Under the pieces are notes generated by a model. The model was not told where the DNA came from and searched no databases. It worked only from the letters and a program-made list of their open reading frames with translations. The position numbers and the translations under genes are program-made. Shown piece after piece: positions 26,224-38,575 of a DNA stretch of 64,000 nt (position 1 is its first letter; every line of letters begins with the position of its first letter). This stretch comes from Octopus sinensis. Its lineage: Eukaryota. Location of the stretch: contig NC_042997.1 of NCBI RefSeq assembly GCF_006345805.1, positions 29,450,001 to 29,514,000 of the forward strand, given 5' to 3'.

Positions 26224-28820
26224 GAAAGATTTGCCTGAAATAAAAGAAAAGCTGAAGCAAGATATCCTTGCCAAAGCACAAAGGATCCGCCGGTACAAGA
26301 AACACCAACGCTTCTTTGAAGAAAACAAAAAGTTCAACTCCAACCCCAAAAAGTTCTACCAAGAACTGGGCAAAAATAAAATAGAAGTCACTGCAGCACC
26401 AACGGCAGAAGAATTGGAAGAATTCTGGAGAGAAATATGGTCGGCGAATGAACCACCAAAAAAAAGGAGTATCAAAATAACAAACTCGGCATCTGAACAA
26501 CTTTGGACCCCCATAACAACTGAAGAGGTCACCCAGGCACTGCAAAGACTAAGCAACTGGAAGGCACCTGGGCATGACAAGATCCCGAACTTCTGGTTGA
26601 AATATCTAACAGGAATGCACAAAAAGCTGGCTGAAAACTTTAACAACGTACTAGCAGAGCCAGAGACAATGCCTGAATGGCTCACGAAGGGGAAAACCAT
26701 CTTAATTCCCAAATCAAATGAAACAGAAAAACAGAAAACTACAGACCAATAACCTGCCTCCCTACTATGTTCAAGGCATTTACTGCAGTGATATCACAAA
26801 GGCTGAACAAGCACCTGGACGAAAACAAACTGTTCCCAGAAGAGCAGAAAGGATGCCGCAAAGGCTCATATGGCTGTAAAGATCAACTAATGATTAATAA
26901 AGCCGTAACTGAAGACAGCCACAGAAAGAAGAAAGGCCTCAGTATGGCCTGGATTGACTACAAAAAGGCGTTTGATAGCATCCCCCACACATGGATCCTC
27001 GAAACACTAGCCATTAACAAAGTAGCACCAACAATCATAAAATTCATAGAGCACTCTATGAATAAATGGCAAACAGTCCTACACCTCCAAACAAAAGAGG
27101 GACTCATGAAAACCAAAGACCATCCCCATTAGAAGAGGAATATTCCAGGGAGACACGCTCTCTCCACTCCTTTTCTGCTTGGCACTGTCACCTCTATCTG
27201 ATATGCTAAATAGAACTAGATGCGGATATAAATGTTACGGCAAAACGATCAGCCACCTTTTATATATGGATGACCTAAAACTATACGCTGCAAATGACAA
27301 ACAGCTGGAAACACTATTAAAGACAGTTCATGGATTTACCAAAGAAATAGATATGAAATTTGGATTAGAAAAATGCGCCAAAGTAACCATGAAAAGAGGA
27401 AAACTAATTAAGAGTAACAACATCACACTAGATAAAACCAATGAAATAAAAGAATTAGACCAAAGCCAAACTTACAAATACTTAGGAATCCATGAACTAG
27501 ATAAGACACAACACACACAAATGAAAGAGAAAATAAAAAAAGAATATTATAGACGAGTTAGATCAATACTAAACACAGAGCTCAATGCTAAAAACAAGAT
27601 AATAGGTATCAACACTTTAGCTGTCCCAGTTATAAGTTACAGCTACAATATCCTTAACTGGACACGAAATGAACTGACCAAAATAGATAGGAAAACAAGA
27701 AAAATAATGACAGGATCTAGGACGCATCACCCAAAATCTGTCATAGAAAGACTATATATACAACGTATAGAAGGTGGTAGAGGCCTTATACAGCTGGAAA
27801 ACTACTATAAAATAACCACCATAGGACTTCAAAAATATCTACTTCAGAAGGAAGGAAAACTGATCCAGATAGCGGCAAAACACGAGCAAAACAAAAAACT
27901 GTTCTCAGTATTTAAGGAAGCTGATAAATACAAACAAGAAATCATACCACCTAATAAACATGAAGAAAAAGAAGAAGATAAAGAAACAACAAAAGCTATA
28001 AAACAAATGAAATCCAAACTAAAAATAGAACAACAACGAACCATGATAAAACGATGGCAAGAAAAGCCCCTTCATGGTAAATACTGGACTAAACTAAACG
28101 CAAAAGAAATAGACAAAGAAAAATCCCAGCAATGGTTGAGAAGCTCAGGACTCAAAGCAGAAACAGAGGGATTTTTAATTGCAGCACAAGACCAAAGCCT
28201 CCCACCAGAAATTACCAAAAACATGTAATGAAAAGAAATATTGCAAGTAACTGCAGAATATGTGGAGATGGACAAGAAACAATAAATCATATTATCTCTA
28301 GCTGCCCAGTCCTGGCTAAGAAGGAATATATTCACAGACATGACAGAGTTGGAACCTACATACATTGGAAGCTATGCCAACATTATGGAATAACAACAGA
28401 AAAAAGATGGTATAGGCACACACCAGAAAAGGTCACAGAAAACGAGAAAGCAACCATACTCTGGGATATGCCGAAACACACAGATAGAGAAATTAAGGCC
28501 AACAGGCCAGATATAGTTGTCAGAGACCACGAAGAAAAAAAATGCTTTGTAATTGATGTATCAATACGGCTGATGACAACGTGTCTCTAAAAGAAATGGA
28601 GAAACTCTCAAAATACAAAGACCTGGAAATAGAGGTAACTAGAATGTGGAATCTGAAAACAGAAACAATTCCTATCATAGTAGGTGCATTAGGCATGATA
28701 AAAAATTATTCAGACAAATACATAACAAAAACACCAGGACTTACAAACACATATAACATACAGAAAATTGCACTACTAGGCACTGCACACATCCTACGCA
28801 GAACACTTTCCATACAATAA
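26221..28820 (+). CDS. RT-CCHC-RLE polyprotein, partial, broken by four apparent 1-bp frameshifts
   Basis: ORF pieces 26126-26752, 26767-27132, 27179-28228, 28132-28590 and 28581-28820 join into one collinear protein via shifts near 26730, 27118, 28203 and 28567. No in-frame stop was seen in the joined path. Confidence 0.85.
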
Positions 28821-28892
28821 CCATCAGAGCATCACAACAAATCACAGCACATACCCAAGGCACACAGAGCACACGCTATAAAAATAAAACAA

Positions 28893-28895
<3 letters not shown>
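26221..28895 (+). mobile_element. R4/Dong-clade non-LTR retrotransposon, 5'-truncated, inserted in (TAA)n
   Basis: RT motifs: NWKAPGHDKI, NYRPITCL, EEQKGCR, WIDYKKAFDSIPH, IFQGDTLSPLLF, YMDD at 27263-27274, YKYLG. CCHC finger CRICGDGQETINHIISSC. RLE motif RPDIVV...CFVIDVSI...KLSKYKDL. Short 3' UTR runs into (AAT)n. Confidence 0.93.
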
Positions 28896-28984
<89 letters not shown>

Positions 28985-29171
28985 TAATAATTTTATTTAT
29001 TTTTTTATTTTTTTATTTTTTTATGTATTAGACATTCACTACTACAACACCAAAAAAAAACAAAAAAAGAAAACAAATATATGGCACAGAACTTCCAACC
29101 TGTTGTCTCTTGAGGTCTCTGGGTGAGACTTGGAGCCAACTTGTACAGACATAAAGCAAAAGTCAAACATA

Positions 29172-29247
<76 letters not shown>

Positions 29248-29275
29248 AAGAAGAAGAAGAAGAATGATAATAATA

Positions 29276-29311
<36 letters not shown>

Positions 29312-29313
29312 TA

Positions 29314-29373
<60 letters not shown>

Positions 29374-29463
29374 GGAGAAGAAGAAGAAGAATGATAATAA
29401 TAATAATAATAATAATATAATAATAATAATATTAATAATAATAATAATATAATAATAATAATA

Positions 29464-29496
<33 letters not shown>

Positions 29497-29497
29497 G
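28896..29497. repeat. (TAA)n array with AAG-type interruptions and a short non-repetitive insert
   Basis: Seen directly. Unique insert at about 29030-29172. Confidence 0.9.
29080..29172 (+). mobile_element. Possible 3' end of a second TAA-targeting retroelement
   Basis: Unique segment ending ...AAAGTCAAACATAG|AATAATAAT, the same junction style as the main element (...AACAACTG|AATAATAAT). The assignment is an inference. Confidence 0.4.
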
Positions 29498-30037
29498 CCA
29501 TGACACTAGCAGCACAACACCAAGAATGTCACTTAAAACTTTCCTCTCCCTCTTCTCCTGTTTCTTTTGTTTATCCACTTCAAATATTCCTACCTAGGTA
29601 CTCTAATGTAAGACGGCATTGCCCTGAGGCCGATGCGACCACCTTCCTACCACCACCACCACCTCTTCCCGGTATCTAAATTGGGAGCAAGCAACTTTTC
29701 TCTCTCTCTCTCTACCCCATTTTTCATGTTGGGATTGTCAGTGACTAAACCGGCGCACCCGCAGAGCGTGCTCTAGGAAGAAGGTGTATGATTCTTCGTA
29801 TTTTGACACCCTACAGGAAGAAAAACAAGACATGTATAAAGGCTAATGAACACTTACGAGGCAACAGCTATCAAAGTAGTATATACTCGAGAGGCAGAAA
29901 CAATCAAGATCATTGAACACCCATTGCAGGGACGGAAACTCCAAAAAGTAAACCACGATTACAGGAATCCTATATGCTATGGTGGATATAGGAAAAATAC
30001 TGGTGGTTGTGCAATCTAAAATTCACTAACCGTTATC

Positions 30038-31110
30038 ATGAGTGCTGAAATGTCAAATAAAAATAGAAACGAGAAAGGCGTGAATGAGCCTGGAAGTGAT
30101 CCACAGGCGAGCAGTGTCAGCCCAGTAATCATCAAGCAACTTCTAAATAAAATGAAAGTGGCTGTAACGGAGTGCTACTTTCCGGGTAATCCGAGAAATA
30201 ATAATAAAGTGTCCCCTAGTGGATGTAGGAAAAGAAAGCACACAGCATGAGGCGACTGAGGCCTATTTGAATTAAGTGAACAATATCTGTGACCAAGCTA
30301 TTTATGGTAATCTCCTTTTGAACTAGAAAGCATTAAGAGACGGGTGCTCAGGGATAGTAAGACCAGGGGTTAACAGAAGGATGAGGATTAGAATGCAGAT
30401 AGTAAAACTATGGCAGTAGATTTGAAGGAAGAAAAGGAGCATGAAGCTGAGATTATTGATGAGGAATGCGATGAGAGATCCGCGGAACAAATATCCATTT
30501 TAATGAAATCATTGATATTTAGACCTTTTGTGAACTGAGCCTTTACATGGGGCTTAAAAAAGTAGACAGAAAGAAACTCAATGGATGGGTCAGGAAGATA
30601 AATATCATTGGTGATATCAGGATTGACATCATCACAAACACCAACAATCTAATAAATGTAATCTCGATCTTTATAGCCCGGAAGTTAGGTTTGAAAATCA
30701 AAGATAATGTCAAAATAAATTGAAGGAACCATGGTGGAAAAGGAGAATAACGCAGTCTATTAACGAAAACAGAAAACACCTTAATATTCTGGAACGGAAA
30801 TACAGAAATGAAGCTCAGCGAGAGTAAAACGCTGAGATGCTGAGCTACAGAGAAGTATAGGGTGAAGAGAAAGGGAATCAAGGTTGTGTTTGAGGAATTA
30901 AAACAGAGGTTGAAAGCTAAAGCACATAAACTATAGAGATATGCACAGAGAATTGAGTAATACAGATTAAACAGAGTTTTCGAATAAAATCAGAAACGGG
31001 TCTATCAGGAATTGGATGTTAAATAAAGAGGTGAAAATCCTTGCCGGATGCTGAAGAAAGCAAAAACTTCTGGGCAAACATATGGTCTCAGGAGAAACAA
31101 CACGAAGCTG
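30038..31110 (+). pseudogene. N-terminal region of a second, older R4/Dong-like element, 3'-truncated
   Basis: Degenerate translation: MKVAVTECYF, ELESIKRRVL, KEPWWKRRI, EELKQRLKAKAHKL*RY...NQKRVYQEL...EESKNFWANIWS. The last part is homologous to 26230-26450 (EKLKQDILAKAQRIRRY...KKFYQEL...EEFWREIWS). Confidence 0.75.
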
Positions 31111-32036
31111 AATAAACATACACTCTCTCACACACACATACACACGTATACATTAATGTATAAAACCGTGCATACAAAAACCCGTGTATGTGACTAACTA
31201 CAAATACATAGAGCTGAACAAGGTGTGCAAAAGGTACATAAATAAAACATTTTTACGGAAATTAACAAAGTGTGCGTGTTAAAACGAAAGAATGCCCATA
31301 TTTGTTTGGACGCCCTATATTGAATTGCAAAATTCTAATGTGATACATGTGTAATAACGAAATCAATGCTTTAGTGTGTATGTATGTTTATATTGCAGAG
31401 CCAGTGTGTGCGTATATATTAGAGTGAAAGTATGTGTGTATGTGTGTGTGATTGAGAGAGAGAGGGAGGGAGAGGCGGGGAGAGAGAACATTGCAAACAA
31501 TGAATGAAATAAACATAAAATGAAAAAAATCGTTTGAATTAAAGCTCGTTTTACTGAATACTTAAATTTGTAAACTTGGTAAATAATTCTTTCAGTAATT
31601 TATCTTAGTTGTTTGCAAATAGCGAATTAAAACTTGAAATGGAAACGGTAAAATAGAGAGAGAGTGAGAGAGAGAGAGTGAGAGAGAGAGAGTGAGAGAG
31701 AGAGAGTGAGAGAGAGAGAGTGAGAGAGAGAGAGTGAGAGAGAGAGAGAGAGAGAGAGACTTTGCAAATAAAGGTAAAATTTCGCTGTTGCTATGTCAAT
31801 GCAGGAAGTTGACATTGAGAAACCTTTTTAAAGAATTTAATTATACATATAAAGCAATATTATTTATTTTCAATAACGAAATAAACTGAAGATCTATTAT
31901 GTATCGGACGTCAAATACTTCATTATGAGAGAATGTTTTGTGTATTTGTGAATGGGCACGATTGCGTGTGTGTGAGTATGTGTGTGTGACTATGTGTATG
32001 TGTGTGTTTGTATATATATATATATATATATATATA

Positions 32037-32170
32037 CAAATGAGAGTAGCTGTATCAAACTCCATTCTTCACCAAGTGCCACATATTAGACGAGGTTCGT
32101 CGTAATAACAGTGTAGCACAAAACGGCGGTGCATCAGCATGGCCGCAGCTCTCAGCTGAAACTAGAAAAA
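32037..32170 (+). mobile_element. CR1-like LINE extreme 3' end
   Basis: AACTCCATTCTTCACCAAGTGCCACATATTAG...GGCGGTGCATCAGCATGGCCGCAGCTCTCAGCTGAAAC matches 59785-59890. Confidence 0.7.
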
Positions 32171-32189
32171 AATATATATATATACAAAT

Positions 32190-32765
32190 TAACTGAATGA
32201 GATAAAAATCCAAGACTGTGAAAGATTTCAGAACATTTATAAATAGGTGTTACAGCTGTTTACGAGATATTTCATATATCACTTTCACTCTCTTCTTTAT
32301 TATCATTCTCCTCGCCTTCCTTTGTTCTTTTTTTCTTTTTTCTTCTGCTTTTCCTCTGTTCCTGTTTTTGATTTGACCTTACAAATACATTCCCAACTTT
32401 TAAAACACTTTAAAAAAAATCTCGATTCAATAACACCGTTTACAAACTCTATGCTTGGAATGACCAATTTTACATACTATTGGAATTTACTCACAAGGTA
32501 CAGGAATCTTATATATATATACCATTGTGCCTAACTAATGGAACTACAGATAAAATATCCCTGTTTATCTTATATCTCTTTTCATTTCTTCACTTCACTC
32601 TCTATTTCATATCCTATCTAGAATAACTATGGCTTAACCATTTTCTCACACCGTCTCAGATGAAGGGATGTATAAAATATCCTGGAAACAGCTGTAAGAC
32701 CTTCTATTTATAAAGGTTCTGAAATCTTTCACAGCCTTGGATTTTTATACCAATCTTTAATTTTT
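32190..32765. repeat. Inverted pair of pLTR-like repeats with hammerhead
   Basis: ATAAAAATCCAAGACTGTGAAAGATTTCAGAACATTTATAAATAG (about 32202-32246) is inverted at about 32703-32750. Both arms include the ACAGCTGT palindrome. Confidence 0.75.
32653..32700 (+). ncRNA. Near-intact minimal hammerhead motif
   Basis: GTCT-CAGATGA-A-GGGATGT(ATAAA)ATATCCT-G-GAAAC-AGCT-GT-A-AGAC. Stem I GTCT/AGAC, GUA site, one core change (U4>A). Confidence 0.6.
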
Positions 32766-32942
32766 TTATATATACACATGGTGATATATGACCTACGTTG
32801 GACTCCTCATTCGCATAATCAGCGAACCTCGAGCCTAACTATAGTCTGTCTATAACTCTTACTCAGCATTACCTGACACCTTTGGGTCTTATTGATATCA
32901 GTACCTCTCATAACGTCTCTCTCTCTTTCTTTCTCTCCCTCC

Positions 32943-32989
<47 letters not shown>

Positions 32990-33002
32990 TATATACATGT
33001 AT

Positions 33003-33200
33003 TTAGATATGTATGAGTGTGTTTGTGTTCGCTCCCCCCTACACACACACCTTATCGCTTGACAACTAATGGTGGTGTGTTTATGTCCCCGTACATTTGC
33101 GCTTCGGCAAAGATCAAGTCTTGGAGTCAATTTATTTAACTAATTCTTTTCAGCCGTTGCTTCAGCATGGCCGCAGTCAAGTTACTGAAACAAGTAAAAG
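33003..33200 (+). mobile_element. SINE family A, 3' half
   Basis: TTGACAAC...GGTGTGTTTATGTCCCCGTA...TTCGGCAAA...CAGCATGGCCGCAGTCAAGTTACTGAAACAAGTAAAAG. Confidence 0.75.
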
Positions 33201-33204
33201 CATA

Positions 33205-33500
33205 TCTCTCTCTATATATAAAACTGAGAATGTGTATCTGTCTGACTGTCTGTCTATCTGTCTGTCTTTGTGTTTCCCTAAACCTTGTGTTTCCCTAAAC
33301 CTAAACCTTCCCTAAACACAACCAATTTCATTCAAATTTTACACATGCCTTACTTAGGGTCCATGTAGTTTCATGGGCAAAAAAAAAAATTGTTCGACGT
33401 CTTGCCTAGGGCAAGCCCATAGCAATATCATATCTTCTCCACTATTTCAGTATTACGTGTTAAAAGTGTAACAAAAACATTTCTCTATTTTATATCAGAT
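33205..33500 (+). mobile_element. Probable non-autonomous Helitron 5' portion
   Basis: Begins TCTCTCTCTATATATAAAAC followed by TGTC-type repeats, like the 5' end at 39172. No clear 3' hairpin or CTAG end was found. Confidence 0.45.
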
Positions 33501-33839
33501 ATTTTCACTTTAACAATAACAATTAGAGATAATAATAACAATTGAATTATATGTAGTAAGTAATAATTAAAAACAAACTAAAGTGTAATATAATCGTAAC
33601 ATAACGAAAGTAAAAATAGCAATTGGTATAAAATTGCATCAATGACTTGAACTTGAATAAGTGGTTTCACATGAATGGAAATAAATTAGAAATAAAATTA
33701 GCGTGCAGAAATGGAATAGTCTAGATGAAGGTGTGCCCATACCGTTTACCACGGCTTTTACATTAGATTATCTGCTAATTAGCTAGCATTAAATATCTAT
33801 ATGAAGTTTGGCTGTATGTAATGTCTGTTTTCTCGAACA

Positions 33840-34620
33840 GACGCTCTACTGAGTACTGCTGTTGGTTTATTTCTTATACTTAAAGGACTATAGCTTCAAC
33901 TGCGTATTGCTTTTTGATTCACCGTAAAGTTTGTTATTATTATTACTGTTTAACTATTGTTATCACGTTTGTTGGTTCCTCGTAAGGGAAACGTTGCTGT
34001 GTTGCATTTGTTAAATAATTGTAAACTGTAAACGACCCCCTTTGGGAGAAGGAGCTTTGATTATTGTTTAAAAATTGAATTGTGTCCCTGTTTGGGGAAA
34101 TTGACAATATTTTCACCGTTTACACGGAAGCATTTTTGTTAGAATGCCTTCGACAGAAGAAAGTCCAAAAATGAATTTCGCTGCAGCCGTCGGCGGGCGC
34201 GAACTCATTAAAACGAAAATGGAAGAAATACAAACCTATTTCGGATTGGTCACCGACAAAGACGGTGAATTTAGGTTAACACCACCAAACGAAATAAAAA
34301 ATAAAATTAAAGAAAAAACTATTGTCTATAAAGTATACAATGTAGAGAAAATAAAAGATTTGAACACCTGGAGAAAAGCACCATCGAAAAGTATCTTGGT
34401 GCGACTATGAAATATATCTAACCAGAGGCGGTAAATTCGCCACAATAGAAGCAAGGTTCGAGTCATTTTACCTTTATATCTGGGCTGTAGGACGTCCCGG
34501 ATAAAAATTTAAAATGTCCCCCCAGAAGTAGATGTAGGCTGGATTGTAGCCACACTTCTATACAACAGTGAGAACAAGATACAATTGATCGAAATTGCAA
34601 GAGACGGGCCTACAATTCCA
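33840..34620 (+). pseudogene. 5' end and ORF1 remnant of a Tx1/L1-like LINE
   Basis: ORF 34144-34410 MPSTEESPKMNFAAAVGG..., continuing through frameshifts as IEKYLGAT..YLTRGGKFATIEARFES and YLGCRTSRIKI*NVPPEVDVGWIVATLL. This resembles Tx1-type ORF1 by eye. Confidence 0.55.
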
Positions 34621-34839
34621 GTCTGTTATATATTTTGAGTATTGTTATCTCTAGCGTTATCAAGACATAACTTTGTATTTTGTATTTTATGTGTAGATGT
34701 ATATATGTAGATGTACATGTAATATGTACACATATATATACACATATATACAGGCACTGGCACTATGACCCGGCAACGATGGGTCATAATGCTAGTATAT
34801 GTATAAGTATGTATGTATATATGTATGTATGTATGTATG

Positions 34840-34875
<36 letters not shown>

Positions 34876-35914
34876 TGTATGTATGTATGTATAGGGGAGG
34901 AGGTGCTTCTCAAGTGCACGCACAATTTTGCCGATTCTGAATTATCATATCAATTTTTAGAGTGATACTGTAGGAATACGTTATTTGAATTTTTGCATAT
35001 TATTGCGAGAAGTATAAAAGCAGCTTGATATCAGAGAAATTCTATGTAGCTATGCATACTTCATTATACTATATTTCGTAACCCTGCACTTAGCGCTTTG
35101 CTTCTGATAAAAATGTAATAAATTACTTATACACCATACAGTTTTACTCGCACGCACATAAATATATGTGTGTTTGCGTGTACGTGCGAGTGAGTGTAAG
35201 CGTTTGAATATGTATCATCCTTGATTCTTTAGAAATATATCTCAGACTGTTAAGTGTTACTGTCCTAATTATATTTTTTGCAGTGCAGTGTATTTATCGA
35301 TTTTTTATGTTCTATTTTGAAATTTTTCCATTATGTTTTACAAGTTGAATGAATGTGTCAACGATTTCGTCAATTATTCTTACTATTTTCGAATCATTTG
35401 TATACAGTACGTATTTACCTCATCTACTTACAATTCCCAACTGTCATGAATTCTTCTATATGCTTTTGAATTAAATCGCTTATTTGAATTACTAAACATT
35501 TCCTTCCGTATATATTTGTCGTTGAGACAGAAACAAGTAATTCACATTTTTCCCAATACATTTTCCCTTGTAGCTGTTATGATGCTGCTGTTTTCATTAT
35601 TTAGTCCCACAATATACAAACGTGTATGAACTTACCGTGCGTTTTCTTATTCCATTCAAACATAGTTTATTCAGCTTGGTTTTATCATTCCAAGCTACAC
35701 AGAGGTAGATATCCGACGGCCGAACTGTTATGATATTTGAACTACAAGCTCAAATTAGATGAGCTGAAATCTGTTGCTGTTCTTCTTGCGATGAACATTT
35801 TCTGAGTGCAGTTTATTGGATGCTCCTGAGTTCCATCCACCCACCCACGCCCTATCGGAAGTGAAGGATGTTTACAAGGAAAAATATCTTAATTCAAATT
35901 CATTTATAATTTTA

Positions 35915-36250
35915 GGCGTAGGAGTGGCTGTGTGGTAAGTGTCTTCTATTATAGCCTTGAGCCGACCAATGCCTTGTGAGTGGATTTGGTAGACGGAAAC
36001 GGAAAGAAGCCCGTCGTATATATGTATATATATATGCATGTGTGTTTATATGTTTGTGTGTCTGTGGTTGTCCCCCCTCCAACATCGTTTGACAACCGAT
36101 GCTAGTGGTTCGGCAAAACAGACCGTTAGAATAAGTACTAGGCTTACAAAGAATAAGTCCTGGGGTCGATTTGCTCGACTAAAGGCGGTGCTCCAGCATG
36201 GCCACAGTCAAATGACTGAAACAAGTAGAAGAGTAAAAAGAGAGTAAAAG
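35915..36250 (+). mobile_element. SINE family A with internal deletions
   Basis: Head GGCGTAGGAGTGGCTGTGTGGTAAGT and the same tail as 7366-7749, but lacking the B-box segment. Confidence 0.85.
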
Positions 36251-37677
36251 AGTATATCAAAGTCATAATTTCAGATAGCTCATGTTTTGTAATGTTTACA
36301 TTTTAAAATGCGGTTTGTAGTACAGGACAAAATGATTCACGGCTTCTGTAATGGTTCTTTGCAATCTTACTCGTAAACATGCTGAGGTCAAAGGTGCCAT
36401 TCATTCTTTCGGTATTAGAGTTGATATAACCAATTACCTGTTCCCCTCATATTGTCGGTCTTCTTAAATGCGTAAGAAACGAATGTTTAAATCTAAAGTA
36501 ACATTTAACTTGCTTGATATACAATCGTCATAAGACATCTTCCTAGATATATGCATGCTATCAGATAGATTCATACTAAGAACATTCTTTCAAAAGGAGT
36601 AGTAGTAAGGCAATTATCGGCTCTCTCCGAAACATGTGCATGTGTCAGTAAGCCATTAGATACCTGCTGCAGTCACATAGTATCTGATACGATATACAAA
36701 GCTATCTAATATAAACGAATAACATCGTTCAGTAATATTAGCTATATATATAGTTTTAGATATTAAAATTATATTTGTACCTGGAATCAAGTTCAGTTTT
36801 TAGATGTATTCACGAATATGACATCGGTTAACAAAGCGATAGAAATTAAACGTTTATAGACATATTCTAAAAGAAGAAAATACTTTTGTTAATTATTTTT
36901 ACACTCCGACAGTTTTTAACTTTTTATTTTATGTCAATCTCCACTTGCCCACTGGCAAATTTTCTCAATTAAGTTTATGACATATTTTAACCCCAAAGAG
37001 AAAATATGTTTAGTATTTCATGGTTCATTTCTTTATTTTAATCCAGTATACTCCATTCGCAATGAATCAGTTTGCCTCTCATTGTACTTCGCACGTGAGG
37101 TGAGGATAGGTTGTTCAATGAAGGGAAAACGTATAACACAACTCTATTCTTCTGCGTGGATGATGATACGATTGGTTGTGAAACTGAAGATCATGTTGGT
37201 TATATAATTAATATTGTCTTCCTTTTGAAAACCATCAAGAAATACTTGAGAAGAACAACGTTTTTCACAACTCTTGCAGTAATCAAATTATTTCAATGTT
37301 TCAGGTCAAGGAAATAATCATATTAATACAATCGTGCAAACAAGCATCATGAAATACGATGAATATATTGGGACGGATATAAATAGGTACCTATTTTGTA
37401 TACTGAATAGCAAACGGTTTTCAAGTATTTGTTTGGAAGGAGGTTTGTTTTAGGAGTGTGAGCGTACACCTAAAGCTAAACATTCCTGTAACTTCAGTAA
37501 ACGGATGGTGGATAGATAATGGAAACAAAATCATGAAATTAGAAATTGCTTTCATTTAAATTAATTCGTTAAAAGATTTGAGTGATATTTCAAAACGATA
37601 ACATAATTAAACTAAATATAAAAAATGAAGTCTTGTTATCATATATATATATATATATATGACTGTGTACTTATATA

Positions 37678-38035
37678 AACCTAAAGCTTACAATGACTAA
37701 GAATGGGGCACATAATCTCTTGACAGATAAATAAGAGCAGGATTTCCTATTCGCGTGGGACACGAACCTACATTATTTTATTAACGTAACTAAGAGTCTT
37801 ACCATTGCACCAGCTAATTAGCCTACCTGTTTCTGTCAAATTTAAAAACTATATTAGTTCGTAGTTGTTTTTTGTAAACAAACGTTCTATGTACTTTCGG
37901 TTCAAATGGAGATGCGGTTTCGTGTCCCACGCAGATAGGGAAGCCTACTCTTTTTTTCTCTCAAGGGCTTATATGTCCCATTATTAGAATTTTTTTCTTA
38001 GTCACTGCACGGTGATCGGTTTAAGCTTTAGACTT
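37678..38035. repeat. Imperfect inverted repeat of two divergent tRNA-like (B-box) units
   Basis: 37678-37768 is an imperfect reverse complement of 37916-38033. B-box-like GGTTCGTGTCC on each arm. A-box-like TGGTGCAATGG on the minus strand at 37802-37812. Confidence 0.65.
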
Positions 38036-38107
38036 ACATAAATACCTTTATTATGATTTACATTATTGTAAAACCCGGCACCGTATAACAAAACCATTCG
38101 CACAGAA

Positions 38108-38179
<72 letters not shown>

Positions 38180-38254
38180 TGTATGTATGTATGTATATAT
38201 GTATGTATGTATAGTGGCTACTTTCTCGTATACGATCAAAGCCACTGATAGAAA

Positions 38255-38575
38255 GAATCATTGAAATGAGTCAATGATAATGCAAAGCGAGGTTCTTATA
38301 TGAGTCTTGAGCCTCGCCGCAGATTTGCATATTTTATTACATTAACCATAGTTCTGCTGGCTGGCAGAATGAACCGGTGCCGTAGCATGAATTCTTTTGA
38401 CATGTTTGTTTTATCTTCCAACTGAGCAACACACCTTTCCAAATGTTGCACATACGCTGTTGTCAATAATAGCTGCATCATAATTTACAAGGGGTCGAAT
38501 CCCATAGCTTCTTTGATAAGTGGCCAGGCCTGCGTGACTTTAGCATTTCTTCATACAAATCACACTCATAAAAAT
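38255..38575 (-). pseudogene. RTE-like LINE 3' end with two degenerate C2H2-type fingers
   Basis: A minus-strand frame reads VCATFGKVCCSVGR*NKHVKRIH...CNKICKSAARLKTHIR. Confidence 0.6.

Noticed and set aside
38296-38481. ORF MMQLLLTTAYVQHLERCVAQLEDK... as a host protein
   Set aside because: An alternative frame gives RTE-type zinc fingers, which explains the region.
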